A stretch of 64,000 nt of DNA from Frankiales bacterium (lineage in GTDB: Bacteria; Actinomycetota; Actinomycetes; Mycobacteriales; SCTD01): the NCBI GenBank assembly GCA_025465145.1, contig JAODNS010000136.1, forward strand, positions 1,069-65,068. The letters are read 5' to 3'. A program made the position numbers and the translations under genes. Shown piece by piece: positions 42,881-53,496 of this stretch. The notes beneath the pieces were generated by a model that saw nothing but the letters and a program-made list of their open reading frames with translations, searched no databases and had not been told where the DNA came from. Each line of letters opens with the position of its first letter. The first letter of the stretch is position 1.

Positions 42881-44062
42881 ATGAAGGCAGTGACCTGGCA
42901 CGGCAAGCGCGACGTCCGGGTGGACGAGGTGCCCGACCCGACCATCCAGGAGCCGACGGACGCGATCATCAAGATCACGACGACGAACATCTGCGGCAGC
43001 GACCTGCACCTGTACGAGGTGCTCGGCCCGTTCATGAGCAAGGGCGACATCATCGGCCACGAGCCGATGGGGATCGTCGAGGAGGTCGGCAGCGCGACCG
43101 GCGACCTCGAGGTCGGCGACCGCGTCGTCATCCCGTTCCAGATGTCGTGCGGCACCTGCTGGATGTGCAGCAAGGGCCTGTTCACCCAGTGCGAGACGAC
43201 GCAGGTCCGCGACCAGGGCAGCGGCGCAGCGCTCTTCGGCTACTCCGAGCTGTACGGCTCGGTGCCGGGCGGGCAGGCGGAGTACCTGCGCGTGCCGCAG
43301 GCGCAGTTCACCCACATCAAGGTGCCGGACGGCCCGCCGGACGAGCGGTTCGTGTACCTGTCCGACGTGCTGCCGACGGCGTGGCAGGCGTTCGAGTACG
43401 CGTCGGTGCCGCACGGCGGGACCCTCGTCGTCCTCGGCCTCGGCCCGATCGGCGACATGTGCTCGCGCATCGCCCACCACCGCGGCTTCCGCGTCATCGG
43501 CGTGGACCGCGTGCCAGAGCGGCTGCAGCGCGGCCGCGACTTCGGCTACGAGGTCGTCGACCTCGAGGCCGTCAACGGCGACCTCGGCGAAGCTGTCCGA
43601 TCGGTGACGGCCGGCCGTGGCGCGGACTCCGTCGTGGACGCGGTCGGCATGGAGGCGCACGGCTCGCCGGTCACGAAGCTGGTGCAGCAGATGGCCGGGA
43701 TGCTGCCCGACGTGATCGCCGCGCCCGTCTTCAAGCAGGCCGGCGTCGACCGGCTCGGTGCGCTGTACGCGGCCATCGACGTCGTCCGCCGGGGCGGGAC
43801 CATCTCGCTGTCCGGCGTCTACGGCGGCATGGCCGACCCGATGCCGATGCTGACGCTGTTCGACAAGCAGATCCAGCTGCGGATGGGCCAGGCCAACGTC
43901 AAGCGCTGGGTGCCCGAGATCCTGCCGCTGCTCACCGACGCGGACCCGCTGGGCGTCGACAGCTTCCACACGCACCGGGTCCCGCTGGCCGACGCGCCGG
44001 AGATGTACAAGATCTTCCAGAAGAAGCAGGACGGCTGCGTGAAGGTCCTGCTCAAGCCGTAG
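42881..44062 (+). CDS. zinc-dependent dehydrogenase (glutathione-independent formaldehyde dehydrogenase-like MDR)
   Basis: ORF 42575..44062(+), trimmed to ATG 42881. ICGSDLHLY, GHEPMGIVEEVG, CGTCWMC, VLGLGPIG, DAVGMEAHG. Confidence 0.85.
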   Translation: MKAVTWHGKRDVRVDEVPDPTIQEPTDAIIKITTTNICGSDLHLYEVLGPFMSKGDIIGHEPMGIVEEVGSATGDLEVGDRVVIPFQMSCGTCWMCSKGLFTQCETTQVRDQGSGAALFGYSELYGSVPGGQAEYLRVPQAQFTHIKVPDGPPDERFVYLSDVLPTAWQAFEYASVPHGGTLVVLGLGPIGDMCSRIAHHRGFRVIGVDRVPERLQRGRDFGYEVVDLEAVNGDLGEAVRSVTAGRGADSVVDAVGMEAHGSPVTKLVQQMAGMLPDVIAAPVFKQAGVDRLGALYAAIDVVRRGGTISLSGVYGGMADPMPMLTLFDKQIQLRMGQANVKRWVPEILPLLTDADPLGVDSFHTHRVPLADAPEMYKIFQKKQDGCVKVLLKP

Positions 44063-44069
44063 CCCGGTC

Positions 44070-44537
44070 TCAGGGTCCGGCCGCCGCCTCGACCAGCGGC
44101 AGCACCCGGTACGGCACCTGCGTCTCCAGCGCGATGACCGTCGCGCTGCGGTTGATGCCCTCGGCGGAGACCATCTGGTCGATGACGCGCTGCAGGTCGG
44201 CGTTCGACCGGGCGACGATCCGCACGAGGATGTCGCCGCTGCCCGTGATGGTGTGCGCCTCCAGCACCTCCGGGATGGCGGCCAGGTGGTCGTTCAGCGC
44301 CGTGTGCCCGCGCGCCTGGCTGATCTCCAGCGTCACGAAGGCCATCACGCCGTAGCCGAGGGCGGCCGGGTCGACCTCTGGCCCGAACGAGCTGACGATG
44401 CCGCGCTCCACCAGCTTGTCCAGCCGCGCCTGGACGGTGCCGCGGGCGACGCCCAGCCGCCGGGACGCCTCCAGCACGCCGATCCGCGGCTCGGCGCGCC
44501 ACAGGCTGAGCAGGTCGGCGTCCAGACGATCGATCAC
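44070..44537 (-). CDS. Lrp/AsnC-family transcriptional regulator
   Basis: 3' part of ORF 44070..45233(-). GTG 44535-44537. IDRLDADLLSLWRAEPRIGVLEASRRLGVARGTVQARLDKL...AFVTLEI...VLEAHTITGSGDILVRI. Divergent from hppD. Confidence 0.85.
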   Translation of the reverse strand: MIDRLDADLLSLWRAEPRIGVLEASRRLGVARGTVQARLDKLVERGIVSSFGPEVDPAALGYGVMAFVTLEISQARGHTALNDHLAAIPEVLEAHTITGSGDILVRIVARSNADLQRVIDQMVSAEGINRSATVIALETQVPYRVLPLVEAAAGP

Positions 44538-44591
44538 CCTGCAGTGTGTACGGCAGATCCGGACAGCAGCTGCGCAGACCGACCACGTTGA

Positions 44592-45818
<1,227 letters not shown>

Positions 45819-45821
45819 CCG

Positions 45822-47021
45822 GTGGCGCACTACCGGTCCGTCGGCGACGTCCCGCGCAAGCGGCACACCCAGCACCGCCGGCCCGACGGCGGCCTCTACT
45901 ACGAGGAGCTGATGGGCGAGGAGGGGTTCTCCTCCGACTCGTCCCTGCTGTACCACCGGGACATCCCGTCGGCGATCGTCGACGCCCGTTCGTGGACGCT
46001 GCCGGACCAGCGCACCGCGCCCAACGCGCCGCTGCTGCCGCGGCACCTGAAGCTGCACGCGCTGTTCCCGGACGAGTCCTGGCGCGGCTGCGATGCCGTC
46101 AACGGCCGCCGGCTGGTGCTCGGCAACGGCGACGTGCGGATCTCGTACGCCGTCGCCGGCACCGCGAGCCCGCTGTACCGCAACGCCGTGGGCGACGAGT
46201 GCGTCTACGTCGAGTCCGGAGCGGCGACCGTCGACACCCAGTTCGGCCCGCTGGAGGTGCGCCAGGGCGACTACGTCGTGCTGCCGCGCTCGACCACCCA
46301 CCGGTGGGTGCCGCTCGGCGACGAGCCGCTGCGCGTGTACGCGATCGAGGCGAGCGGGCACATCGCCCCGCCGAAGCGGTACCTGAGCAAGTACGGCCAG
46401 TTCCTCGAGCACGCGCCGTACTGCGAGCGCGACCTGCGGCAGCCCGACGCGCCGGTGCTGCACGAGGGCGAGGACGTCGAGGTGCTGGTGAAGCACCGGG
46501 CGGCAAGCGGCCTCGCCGGCACGGTCTACACCTACCCGAGGCACCCGTTCGACGTCGTCGGGTGGGACGGCTGCCTCTACCCGTACGCCTTCAACATCAG
46601 CGACTTCGAGCCGATCACCGGCCGGGTCCACCAGCCGCCGCCGGTCCACCAGGTGTTCGAGGGCAGCGGCTTCGTCGTCTGCAACTTCGTGCCGCGCAAG
46701 GTGGACTACCACCCGCTCGCGGTGCCGGTGCCGTACTACCACTCCAACGTCGACAGCGACGAGGTCATGTTCTACGTGGGCGGCGACTACGAGGCGCGCA
46801 AGGGCAGCGGCATCGGGCTGGGCTCGGTCAGCCTGCACCCCGGCGGCCACGCGCACGGCCCGCAGCCAGGCGCGGTCGAGCGCAGCCTCGGTGCCGAGTT
46901 CTTCGACGAGCTCGCCGTCATGGTCGACACGTTCCGACCGCTGGAACTCGGCGAGGGCGCCAGGGCCTCGGAGGACCCGGCGTACCCCTGGTCCTGGTCC
47001 GGGCGCGGCCCCAGCAGGTGA
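45822..47021 (+). CDS. hmgA: homogentisate 1,2-dioxygenase (short actinobacterial type)
   Basis: ORF 45822..47021(+), 3 nt after hppD. YYEELMGEEGFSSDSSLLYH, VHQPPPVHQVFE, YYHSNVDSDEVMFY, SLHPGGHAHGPQPG. Confidence 0.85.
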   Translation: MAHYRSVGDVPRKRHTQHRRPDGGLYYEELMGEEGFSSDSSLLYHRDIPSAIVDARSWTLPDQRTAPNAPLLPRHLKLHALFPDESWRGCDAVNGRRLVLGNGDVRISYAVAGTASPLYRNAVGDECVYVESGAATVDTQFGPLEVRQGDYVVLPRSTTHRWVPLGDEPLRVYAIEASGHIAPPKRYLSKYGQFLEHAPYCERDLRQPDAPVLHEGEDVEVLVKHRAASGLAGTVYTYPRHPFDVVGWDGCLYPYAFNISDFEPITGRVHQPPPVHQVFEGSGFVVCNFVPRKVDYHPLAVPVPYYHSNVDSDEVMFYVGGDYEARKGSGIGLGSVSLHPGGHAHGPQPGAVERSLGAEFFDELAVMVDTFRPLELGEGARASEDPAYPWSWSGRGPSR

Positions 47022-47049
47022 TCGGGGCGCGACGTCGAACTAGGCGACC

Positions 47050-48216
47050 ATGCCCCGTTCCGTCGTCGCGCTCCTCGTCGCCCTCGCCGTCGGCTTGACC
47101 GCGCCCACGTCCGGCGCAGCGGCCCCCGCCGCTCCGGCCGACGGCCACGTCAAGCGCGCCCAGGTCTCCCCGCTGGTCGCCCGCGCACTCGGCTCCGCCG
47201 GCGAGATGCGCGGCATGGCCATCAACGACGTGAGCGGCACCGGCCGGGCGATCGTCGCCACCACCGCCGACTTCTCGCGGATGGTCGCCGACGGCATCAC
47301 CTCGGTCAGCATCCACCAGTACCTCTACATGGACAGCCCGACCGGCTCGGTCATCACCACCGGCCGCAACACCCTGACCGACGCCGAGCTGGAGCTCGTC
47401 GTGCAGCGCGCGCACGAGGCCGGGCTCGGCGTGCAGCTGGCACCCGTTCTGCTCAACAACGTCGACACCAGCTGGCGCGGCACGTACGTCCCGAAGGACA
47501 TGGCGGCGTTCTTCCGCAACTACACCGTCGAGGTGCTGAAGCTGGCCGACCTCGCGCAGCGCCTCGACGTCGAGCTGTTCATGGTCGGCAGCGAGAACGA
47601 CGCGATCGCCAACCAGACGGCCTCGTGGCGCGCGCTGGTCAAGGAGACGCGCAAGCACTACCGCGGCGCCGTGTCGTACATGTCGACCGGCTACACCCCG
47701 CTGGTCGTGAAGTTCTGGGACGCGCTCGACCTGTGCTCGCTGTCGATCTACTTCTCGATGGGCGAGGACGCGAACCCGACCTACAACCGCTTCCGGTCCG
47801 CCTGGCGCGAGGTCCACACGCCGTACATGGCCGACATCGCGAAGAAGATCCGCAGGCCGATCATCTACGCGGAGGTCGGCTACAGCTCGCAGCAGCACTC
47901 GTTCGCGCACCCGGAGCGAGCCGCCAAGGGCACCGACCTGGCCGCGCCCGCCGCGCAGGCCGACGGCTACGCCGCTTTCCTCGACGTGCTCAAGGACAAC
48001 CCATCGGTGTACGGGATGACCTGGTGGCGCTGGACGACCGGCGCCAACGCGGCGGACACGAGCTACTCCCCGAACAACAAGCCGGCCGAGTGCGTGCTCG
48101 CGCTGCGCTGGTCGCGCGACCCGCAGGTCCGCGAGGCGGCTGCGGCCGGCACCGCCTGCGACCTGCACGCGTTCGACCAGGCTCTGAGCACCGTCCGGGG
48201 ACTGGTCCCCGCCTAG
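47050..48216 (+). CDS. secreted TIM-barrel glycoside-hydrolase-like protein (clan GH-A-type acid/base and nucleophile Glu candidates)
   Basis: ORF 47050..48216(+). Signal peptide MPRSVVALLVALAVGLTAPTSGAAA. MVGSENDA (candidate acid/base) and IIYAEVGYS (candidate nucleophile). Family not resolved. Confidence 0.5.
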   Translation: MPRSVVALLVALAVGLTAPTSGAAAPAAPADGHVKRAQVSPLVARALGSAGEMRGMAINDVSGTGRAIVATTADFSRMVADGITSVSIHQYLYMDSPTGSVITTGRNTLTDAELELVVQRAHEAGLGVQLAPVLLNNVDTSWRGTYVPKDMAAFFRNYTVEVLKLADLAQRLDVELFMVGSENDAIANQTASWRALVKETRKHYRGAVSYMSTGYTPLVVKFWDALDLCSLSIYFSMGEDANPTYNRFRSAWREVHTPYMADIAKKIRRPIIYAEVGYSSQQHSFAHPERAAKGTDLAAPAAQADGYAAFLDVLKDNPSVYGMTWWRWTTGANAADTSYSPNNKPAECVLALRWSRDPQVREAAAAGTACDLHAFDQALSTVRGLVPA

Positions 48217-48497
48217 GGGCGGCGCGGGTACCGCTGCCAGGGCCGGCGGTCGGACCGCGGCCCCCCGGCGCCCTTCGCGCAGCGCGGGCACACCCGCGCG
48301 ACCTCGTCGGCCGACCGGCCCGACTCAGGAAAGGCGTCCTCCCAGCGCACGTGCGGGAACCGGGCCAGCGACGACCGGCTGAGCTGCAGCCCGCACACGG
48401 TCGCGTTCGCGCCGGGCAACCACGCGTGCACCTCGCCGGTGGGTAGCCGGACGCCGTCCGGGTCCGTCCAGCTGCCGCTCGCCGCCACCTGCGCCAC
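48213..48497 (-). CDS. hypothetical small protein with CxxC pair (about 94 aa)
   Basis: 3' part of ORF 48213..49229(-). In-frame GTG at 48497. Third-position GC is very high across the frame. ...ATVCGLQLSRSSLARFPHVRWEDAF...VARVCPRCAKG. The rest of the long ORF is antisense to the next gene. Confidence 0.45.
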   Translation of the reverse strand: MAQVAASGSWTDPDGVRLPTGEVHAWLPGANATVCGLQLSRSSLARFPHVRWEDAFPESGRSADEVARVCPRCAKGAGGPRSDRRPWQRYPRRP

Positions 48498-48527
48498 CCC
48501 CGCCGTCTGCCCTGCGATGCTCGGCCC

Positions 48528-49205
48528 ATGCGCCAGCTGCTGCCGACGTACGACGCGCGGCCCGACCTGCTCGCGCTGTACGGCACCGCCGGCCCGTACG
48601 TCCGCGGGGGGTTCGTCCTCAGCGCCGACGGTGTGGCGGTGCGCGACGGCGGCTCGCGGGTGCTGTCGAGCCCGCCCGACCGGGCGGTGTTCCGGACGCT
48701 GCGCGCGGTGTGCGACGTGCTGCTCGTCGGTGCCGGTACGACCCGCGCCGAGGACTACGGCACGATCCGGCTGCCCCACGGCGCAGCCCAGTGGCGCGCG
48801 GCTCGGGGGCTGCCGCCGCTGCCCCAGGTCGCCGTCGTCACCCGGTCCGGACAGGTGGACGAGCGGGTGCTCGCCGGCCCGCGGCCGCTGGTCCTGCACG
48901 TCGGCGGCGAGGGCCGCGTCGACCCGCGGGCGGAGGTGCTCGAGGTGCCGGACGTGGCCACGGGGCTGGACCGGCTGCAGCAGCGCGGGCTGGGCCGCGT
49001 GCTGTGCGAGGGCGGGCCGACGCTGCTGACGGACGTGCTGCGCGCCGGGCGGCTGGACGAGCTGTGTCTCACGCAGGCCGCGCTGCTCGCCGGGCGCGGC
49101 ACCGGCCTGCTCGCCGAGGAGCTGGGGAGTCCGGTCGGACTGCGGCTGCGGATCCTGTTGGAGGAGGACGGGGTGCTGCTCGGCTGGTACGACGTGCAGC
49201 GCTGA
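48528..49205 (+). CDS. RibD C-terminal-domain / dihydrofolate-reductase-like family protein
   Basis: ORF 48528..49205(+). FRTLRAVCDVLLVGAGTTRAEDY...VLCEGGPTLLTDVLRAGRLDELCLT. Confidence 0.75.
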   Translation: MRQLLPTYDARPDLLALYGTAGPYVRGGFVLSADGVAVRDGGSRVLSSPPDRAVFRTLRAVCDVLLVGAGTTRAEDYGTIRLPHGAAQWRAARGLPPLPQVAVVTRSGQVDERVLAGPRPLVLHVGGEGRVDPRAEVLEVPDVATGLDRLQQRGLGRVLCEGGPTLLTDVLRAGRLDELCLTQAALLAGRGTGLLAEELGSPVGLRLRILLEEDGVLLGWYDVQR

Positions 49206-49256
49206 GCAGTACCTGCGGAGGATGGCCAACCGGCAGGTTCCGGTCGAGGATCAGGT

Positions 49257-50582
49257 GTGCGCCTCTCCCCTGCCCTGACCACGCCGGTCGTCCCGGTCCA
49301 GCGGACCCCCGAGGACGTGACCGCGCCGGTGGCGCGGGCGCTCGACGCCGTCCGCCCCGAGCGCCTCGTCGCGCTGCTCCAGGAGCTGCTGGCCATCCCG
49401 TCCATCACCGGCAGCGCGGCCGAGAGCGACGCGCAGTACCGGCTCGCCCAGCACCTCGACGCGGCCGCGCTCAGCACCGACCTCTGGGCAATCGACCTGC
49501 CGGCGACCATGGCGGACCCGGACTTCCCCGGCCTGGAGGCGCCGCGCGACGACGCGTACGGCCTCGTCGGCACCTGGGCCGGAACCGACCCCGACGGCCC
49601 CGTCCTCGTGCTGAACGGGCACATCGACGTCGTCCCTCCCGGCGACCCGACGGCCTGGTCCGACCAGCCGTGGAGCGGCACCGTCCGTGGCGGCAGCGTC
49701 TACGGCCGCGGGGCGTGCGACATGAAGGGCGGGCTGGTCTGCCAGGTCGTCGCCTTGGAGGCGCTCCGCGAGGCGGGCGTCACGCTGCGCTCCACCGTCC
49801 AGCTGCAGAGCGTCGTGGGCGAGGAGGACGGCGGCCTCGGCACGTTCGCCACCCTGCGACGCGGCTACCGCGGCGACCTCGCCGTCGTCTGCGAGCCGAC
49901 GGGCACCAACCTCGTGACCGCCAACGCCGGAGCGCTGACCTTCCGGCTCACCGTCCCCGGGCTGGCCGTCCACGCCAGCGTCCGCGACCACGGCGTGGAC
50001 GCCATCGAGAAGTACCTGCTCGTGCACACCGCGCTGCGCGAGCTCGAGGCGCGCCGCAACGACGACCCGCACCGGCTGATGCAGCACCTGACGCTGCCGT
50101 ACCCGCTGTCCGTCGGCACCGTCCGCGCCGGCGACTGGGCCAGCAGCGTGCCCGACCTGCTCGTCGCCGAGGGGCGCCTGGGCGTCGCGCTCGGCGAGCC
50201 GGTGGCGGACGCCCGCGCCGACCTGCAGCGCACGGTCGACGAGGTCTGCGCTGCGGACCCCTGGCTGACCGAGAACCCGGTCCGGCTCGAGTGGGTCGGC
50301 GGCCAGTTCGGCAGCAGCCTCCTCGACGACGGAGACCCGCTGGTGGCGCGCGTGTCGGCCGCCCATCATCGGCTCACCGGCCGTACCCCAGGAATCGAAG
50401 GAGCGCCGTGGGGCTCAGACATCCGGCTGCTCACCGACCTGGGCGGCATCCCCGGCCTGCACTACGGCCCGGGCGACGTCCGCAAGGCGCACGGGCCGGA
50501 CGAGTCGGTGCCCGTCGCGGACCTCCTGACCGTGACGCGCACCCTGGTGATGCTCATCGCTGCGACGTGCGGCGCCTCCTGA
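49257..50582 (+). CDS. M20-family metallohydrolase (ArgE/DapE-like deacylase)
   Basis: ORF 49257..50582(+). LNGHIDVVPPGD, GRGACDMKGG, VVGEEDGGLG, GPGDVRKAHGPDESV. Confidence 0.85.
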   Translation: MRLSPALTTPVVPVQRTPEDVTAPVARALDAVRPERLVALLQELLAIPSITGSAAESDAQYRLAQHLDAAALSTDLWAIDLPATMADPDFPGLEAPRDDAYGLVGTWAGTDPDGPVLVLNGHIDVVPPGDPTAWSDQPWSGTVRGGSVYGRGACDMKGGLVCQVVALEALREAGVTLRSTVQLQSVVGEEDGGLGTFATLRRGYRGDLAVVCEPTGTNLVTANAGALTFRLTVPGLAVHASVRDHGVDAIEKYLLVHTALRELEARRNDDPHRLMQHLTLPYPLSVGTVRAGDWASSVPDLLVAEGRLGVALGEPVADARADLQRTVDEVCAADPWLTENPVRLEWVGGQFGSSLLDDGDPLVARVSAAHHRLTGRTPGIEGAPWGSDIRLLTDLGGIPGLHYGPGDVRKAHGPDESVPVADLLTVTRTLVMLIAATCGAS

Positions 50583-50625
50583 CCTGGGTAAGGCTCGACC
50601 GAGCCCACAACAGGAGGAGCACGCA

Positions 50626-50820
50626 ATGAGCGAGCAGCCCGCAACGGACGCCGGCACCACGAAGCCGGCCGGCGAAGGCGTCGACGACCAGGAGCTGGCC
50701 GAGCAGGTCGGCGAGCAGACGTCGAGCGACCTGCAGGCCGAGGACGTCTTCGAGCGCGAGGGCGACGGCGCGGCGAGCGACACCGAGGCCGCCAAGGCCG
50801 ACGGTTCCGACCTGTCCTGA
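50626..50820 (+). CDS. small acidic hypothetical protein (64 aa)
   Basis: ORF 50626..50820(+). AGGAGG 7 nt upstream of the ATG. Low-complexity D/E-rich sequence, no family recognised. Confidence 0.5.
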   Translation: MSEQPATDAGTTKPAGEGVDDQELAEQVGEQTSSDLQAEDVFEREGDGAASDTEAAKADGSDLS

Positions 50821-50831
50821 TGCGCGGCGGG

Positions 50832-50858
50832 GCGGCTGGGTCCTACAGGCCCAGCCGC
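50832..50858. terminator. hairpin (9-bp stem GCGGCTGGG/CCCAGCCGC) between convergent genes
   Basis: Read directly. The right arm lies in the last codons of the acyl-CoA dehydrogenase gene. Confidence 0.45.
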
Positions 50859-51994
50859 TTCGCGATCACCTCGTTCATGATCTCGTCGGTGCCGCCGCCG
50901 ATCCGGAGGATCCGGCTGTCCCGGTAGTGCCGCTCCACCTCGCTCTCGCGCATGTAGCCGAGCCCGCCGAACAGCTGCACCGCCTCGTCCACCACGAAGT
51001 CGCACGCCGCGCAGGCGGTGTTCTTCGCCATCGACACCTCGAGCACGGCTGAGTCGACACGGTCGCCGCCGAGCCACTTCTCGTACGCCGCACGCGTGTA
51101 CGTCCGCGCCACGTCCGTCTGCCGCGCCATCTCGGCCACCTTGTGCCGCACGACCTGCCGGGCGACGAGCGGCTTGCCGAACGTCTCGCGGTCCTTCACC
51201 CACTGCACGGTCAGGTCCAGGCAGCGCTGCGCGGTGGCATACGCGTGCACCGCCAGGCCGAGCCGCTCCGACTGGAAGTTCTGCAGAATCTGCACAAATC
51301 CTGAGCCCTCCGCCCCGACCAGGTTCGCCGCCGGCACCCGCACGTCGCTGAACGACAGCTCGGCGGTGTCCGAGGAGCGCCAGCCCATCTTGTCGAGCGG
51401 CCCGCTGACGGTGAACCCGGACAGCCCCTTGTCGATGACCAGCAGGCTGATCCCGCCGTAGCCCTCGTCGCCGGTGCGGACGGCGGTGGTGACGAAGTCC
51501 GCCCGGATCCCGCTGGTGATGTACGTCTTGGCGCCGTTCACCACGTACTCGTTGCCGTCGCGCACCGCCGTCGTCCGCAGCCCGGCGACGTCCGACCCGC
51601 CGCCGGGTTCCGTCACCGCCAGCGCGCCGATCAGGTCGCCGGCGAGCGTCGGCCGGACGTACCGGTCGACCAGCTCCGGCGACCCGTTGCGGGCGATGTG
51701 CGGCAGCGCGATCCCGTGCGTGAACAGCGACGCGATGACGCCGCCGGAGCCGCCGCCGAGCATGACCTCCTCGGCGAGGATCGCGGAGTCGACAGCATCA
51801 CCGCCTGCGCCCCCGACGTGCTCCGGAAAGGACACGCCCAGCAGGCCCGCGTCGGCGAAGGTCTTGTGCAGGCTGCGCGGAAGCAGTCCGTCGCGCTCCC
51901 AGTCGTCGACGTGCGGCGCGATCTCCTTGGCGACGACCTGCTTCGCGAGCGCCCGCAGTGCCAGGCGCTCCGGCGTGGTCCAGCGGTCGGTCAT
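50843..51994 (-). CDS. acyl-CoA dehydrogenase
   Basis: ORF 50843..52654(-), trimmed to ATG 51992-51994 (MTDRWTTPER...). ALAVTEPGGGSD, NGAKTYITSG, GYMRESEVERHYRDSRILRIGGGTDEIM. The ATG overlaps the upstream stop (ATGA). Confidence 0.9.
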   Translation of the reverse strand: MTDRWTTPERLALRALAKQVVAKEIAPHVDDWERDGLLPRSLHKTFADAGLLGVSFPEHVGGAGGDAVDSAILAEEVMLGGGSGGVIASLFTHGIALPHIARNGSPELVDRYVRPTLAGDLIGALAVTEPGGGSDVAGLRTTAVRDGNEYVVNGAKTYITSGIRADFVTTAVRTGDEGYGGISLLVIDKGLSGFTVSGPLDKMGWRSSDTAELSFSDVRVPAANLVGAEGSGFVQILQNFQSERLGLAVHAYATAQRCLDLTVQWVKDRETFGKPLVARQVVRHKVAEMARQTDVARTYTRAAYEKWLGGDRVDSAVLEVSMAKNTACAACDFVVDEAVQLFGGLGYMRESEVERHYRDSRILRIGGGTDEIMNEVIAKRLGL

Positions 51995-52761
51995 GCCTTG
52001 GCCCTCCCCGTGCCGGGCGGACCGGCAAAGCACTGCGCGATGTCCAGCCACTCCTCCGCGAGCGGCCCGGTGGCGACGAGCCCTGTGTCCTCCCTGTGCC
52101 GCCGCTGGGTCACCAGCAGGCAGAAGTCGAGCGCGCTGCCGGTGACGCGGTCCTCGCCCTCGCCGTACGTCCAGCTGCTCCCGTCTGGCGCCGTCAGCTC
52201 CACCCGCACCCCGCCGTCGGGCACCGCCAGCCCGCGGTTGACGTAGCTGAAGCCGCGCGTCCGGACGCCGAGGTGGCAGATGTGCCGGAGCCGGTCGGTC
52301 GGCTCCCGGATGGCCCCCAGGCCGTCGACGACGTCCTGCCCGTGCGCCCAGTACTCCATCAGCCGGGCGGTCGCGAACGACGCCGGGCTCATCGGCGGGC
52401 CGTACCAGGGCACCTTCGTCCCCGGCTCGAGCCGGCCGAGCGCGTCGAGCAGCCGGTCGAAGCCCTGCTGCCAGCTCGCGACCAGCTGGGCCTGGGGCAG
52501 GTCGCGGCGCTCGGCGAGCTGGCCGGTGAGGAAGCCGTCGATGTCGGTGGCGATGGCCGGGAGCTTCGCCACGAAGCCGGCCGGGTCCTCGGCCGCCAGG
52601 AGCGCCTCGACGTCGGTGCCGGCGAGGTGGCTCACGGCTTCGCGGACGTCCCACCCCTCCGCGGGCGTCGGCGTCGTCAGGTCGGCGTGCTCGACCACTC
52701 GCCGGAGGTCGGCCTGCTCGGCCCGCAGGTCGTCGAGAAGCGGACGTACGTCGGCAGCGAT
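51991..52761 (-). CDS. DinB-fold, maleylpyruvate-isomerase-family (TIGR03084-like, mycothiol-dependent-enzyme family) protein; start codon unresolved
   Basis: 3' part of ORF 51991..53385(-). LLDDLRAEQADLRRVV...TPTPAEGWDVREAVSHLAGTD...FATARLMEYWAHGQDV. No ATG/GTG/TTG sits upstream of the conserved N-terminal helix before the divergent TetR gene. An ATC at 52759-52761 lies 6 nt after GAGAGGAG. Confidence 0.6.
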   Translation of the reverse strand: MAADVRPLLDDLRAEQADLRRVVEHADLTTPTPAEGWDVREAVSHLAGTDVEALLAAEDPAGFVAKLPAIATDIDGFLTGQLAERRDLPQAQLVASWQQGFDRLLDALGRLEPGTKVPWYGPPMSPASFATARLMEYWAHGQDVVDGLGAIREPTDRLRHICHLGVRTRGFSYVNRGLAVPDGGVRVELTAPDGSSWTYGEGEDRVTGSALDFCLLVTQRRHREDTGLVATGPLAEEWLDIAQCFAGPPGTGRAKA

Positions 52762-52797
52762 GACGAGCTCCTCTCCCGGATGTGAACGGAGGCTAAC

Positions 52798-53388
52798 GTG
52801 AGCCGCGTGACGACGACCGCGCGGCCGCGCAGGGAGCTCCTGCTGCAGTCGGCGGCGGACCTGTTCTCGGCCCGCGGATACCACGCGGTCGGCATCGACG
52901 ACATCGGGGCGGCCGCCGGCATCAGTGGCCCTGGGGTCTACCGGCACTTCGCCTCGAAGCAGGCGCTGCTCGAAGCGCTGTGCGACCGCGCGCTCGACTC
53001 GATGCTCGAGGGCGCGCGCGAGATCCCTGCCCACCAGGCGGATCCGGCCAAGGCGCTGGCCGCGCTCGTCGACCTGCACGTCGACTTCGCGGTCGGCCGC
53101 CGCACGCTGCTCGGCGTGTGGACGCGCGAGCAGCGCGCCCTGCCGGACGAGGTACGCCGGTCGCTGCGCCGCCGGCTGCGGGCCTACGAGCAGCCGTGGC
53201 GCGAGGTGCTCGGCCGGCTGCGGGAGGACCTGCCGCCGGACGAGGTCGCCGTCGCCGTCACGGCCACCCTGTCGATGCTGAACACCGCCGCGATCGTCGA
53301 CGCGGACGTGTCGCCGGATCGGCTCGCCCGTCTGCTGCGCCGGATGGCGCTGTCCGCCCTGCTGGGCCGCCGCGCGCCCCGGCACTGA
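52798..53388 (+). CDS. TetR/AcrR-family transcriptional regulator
   Basis: ORF 52798..53388(+). LLQSAADLFSARGYHAVGIDDIGAAAGISGPGVYRHFASKQALL. Confidence 0.9.
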   Translation: MSRVTTTARPRRELLLQSAADLFSARGYHAVGIDDIGAAAGISGPGVYRHFASKQALLEALCDRALDSMLEGAREIPAHQADPAKALAALVDLHVDFAVGRRTLLGVWTREQRALPDEVRRSLRRRLRAYEQPWREVLGRLREDLPPDEVAVAVTATLSMLNTAAIVDADVSPDRLARLLRRMALSALLGRRAPRH

Positions 53389-53412
53389 CCGCTACGTCCA
53401 AGGCCGCGTCGC

Positions 53413-53492
53413 GGATGATCTTCTGACTGCGCAGCCCGCACCTGAACACGCCGGCGCGCCGCGCCCGCCGCTCCGAGATCAGAAGATCATCC
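53413..53492. repeat. 14-bp perfect inverted repeat GGATGATCTTCTGA / TCAGAAGATCATCC flanking a 52-nt GC-rich spacer
   Basis: Read directly: arms at 53413-53426 and 53479-53492. The arms are markedly AT-richer than the surrounding DNA. Located between convergent TetR and thioesterase genes. Confidence 0.6.
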
Positions 53493-53496
53493 AGGG

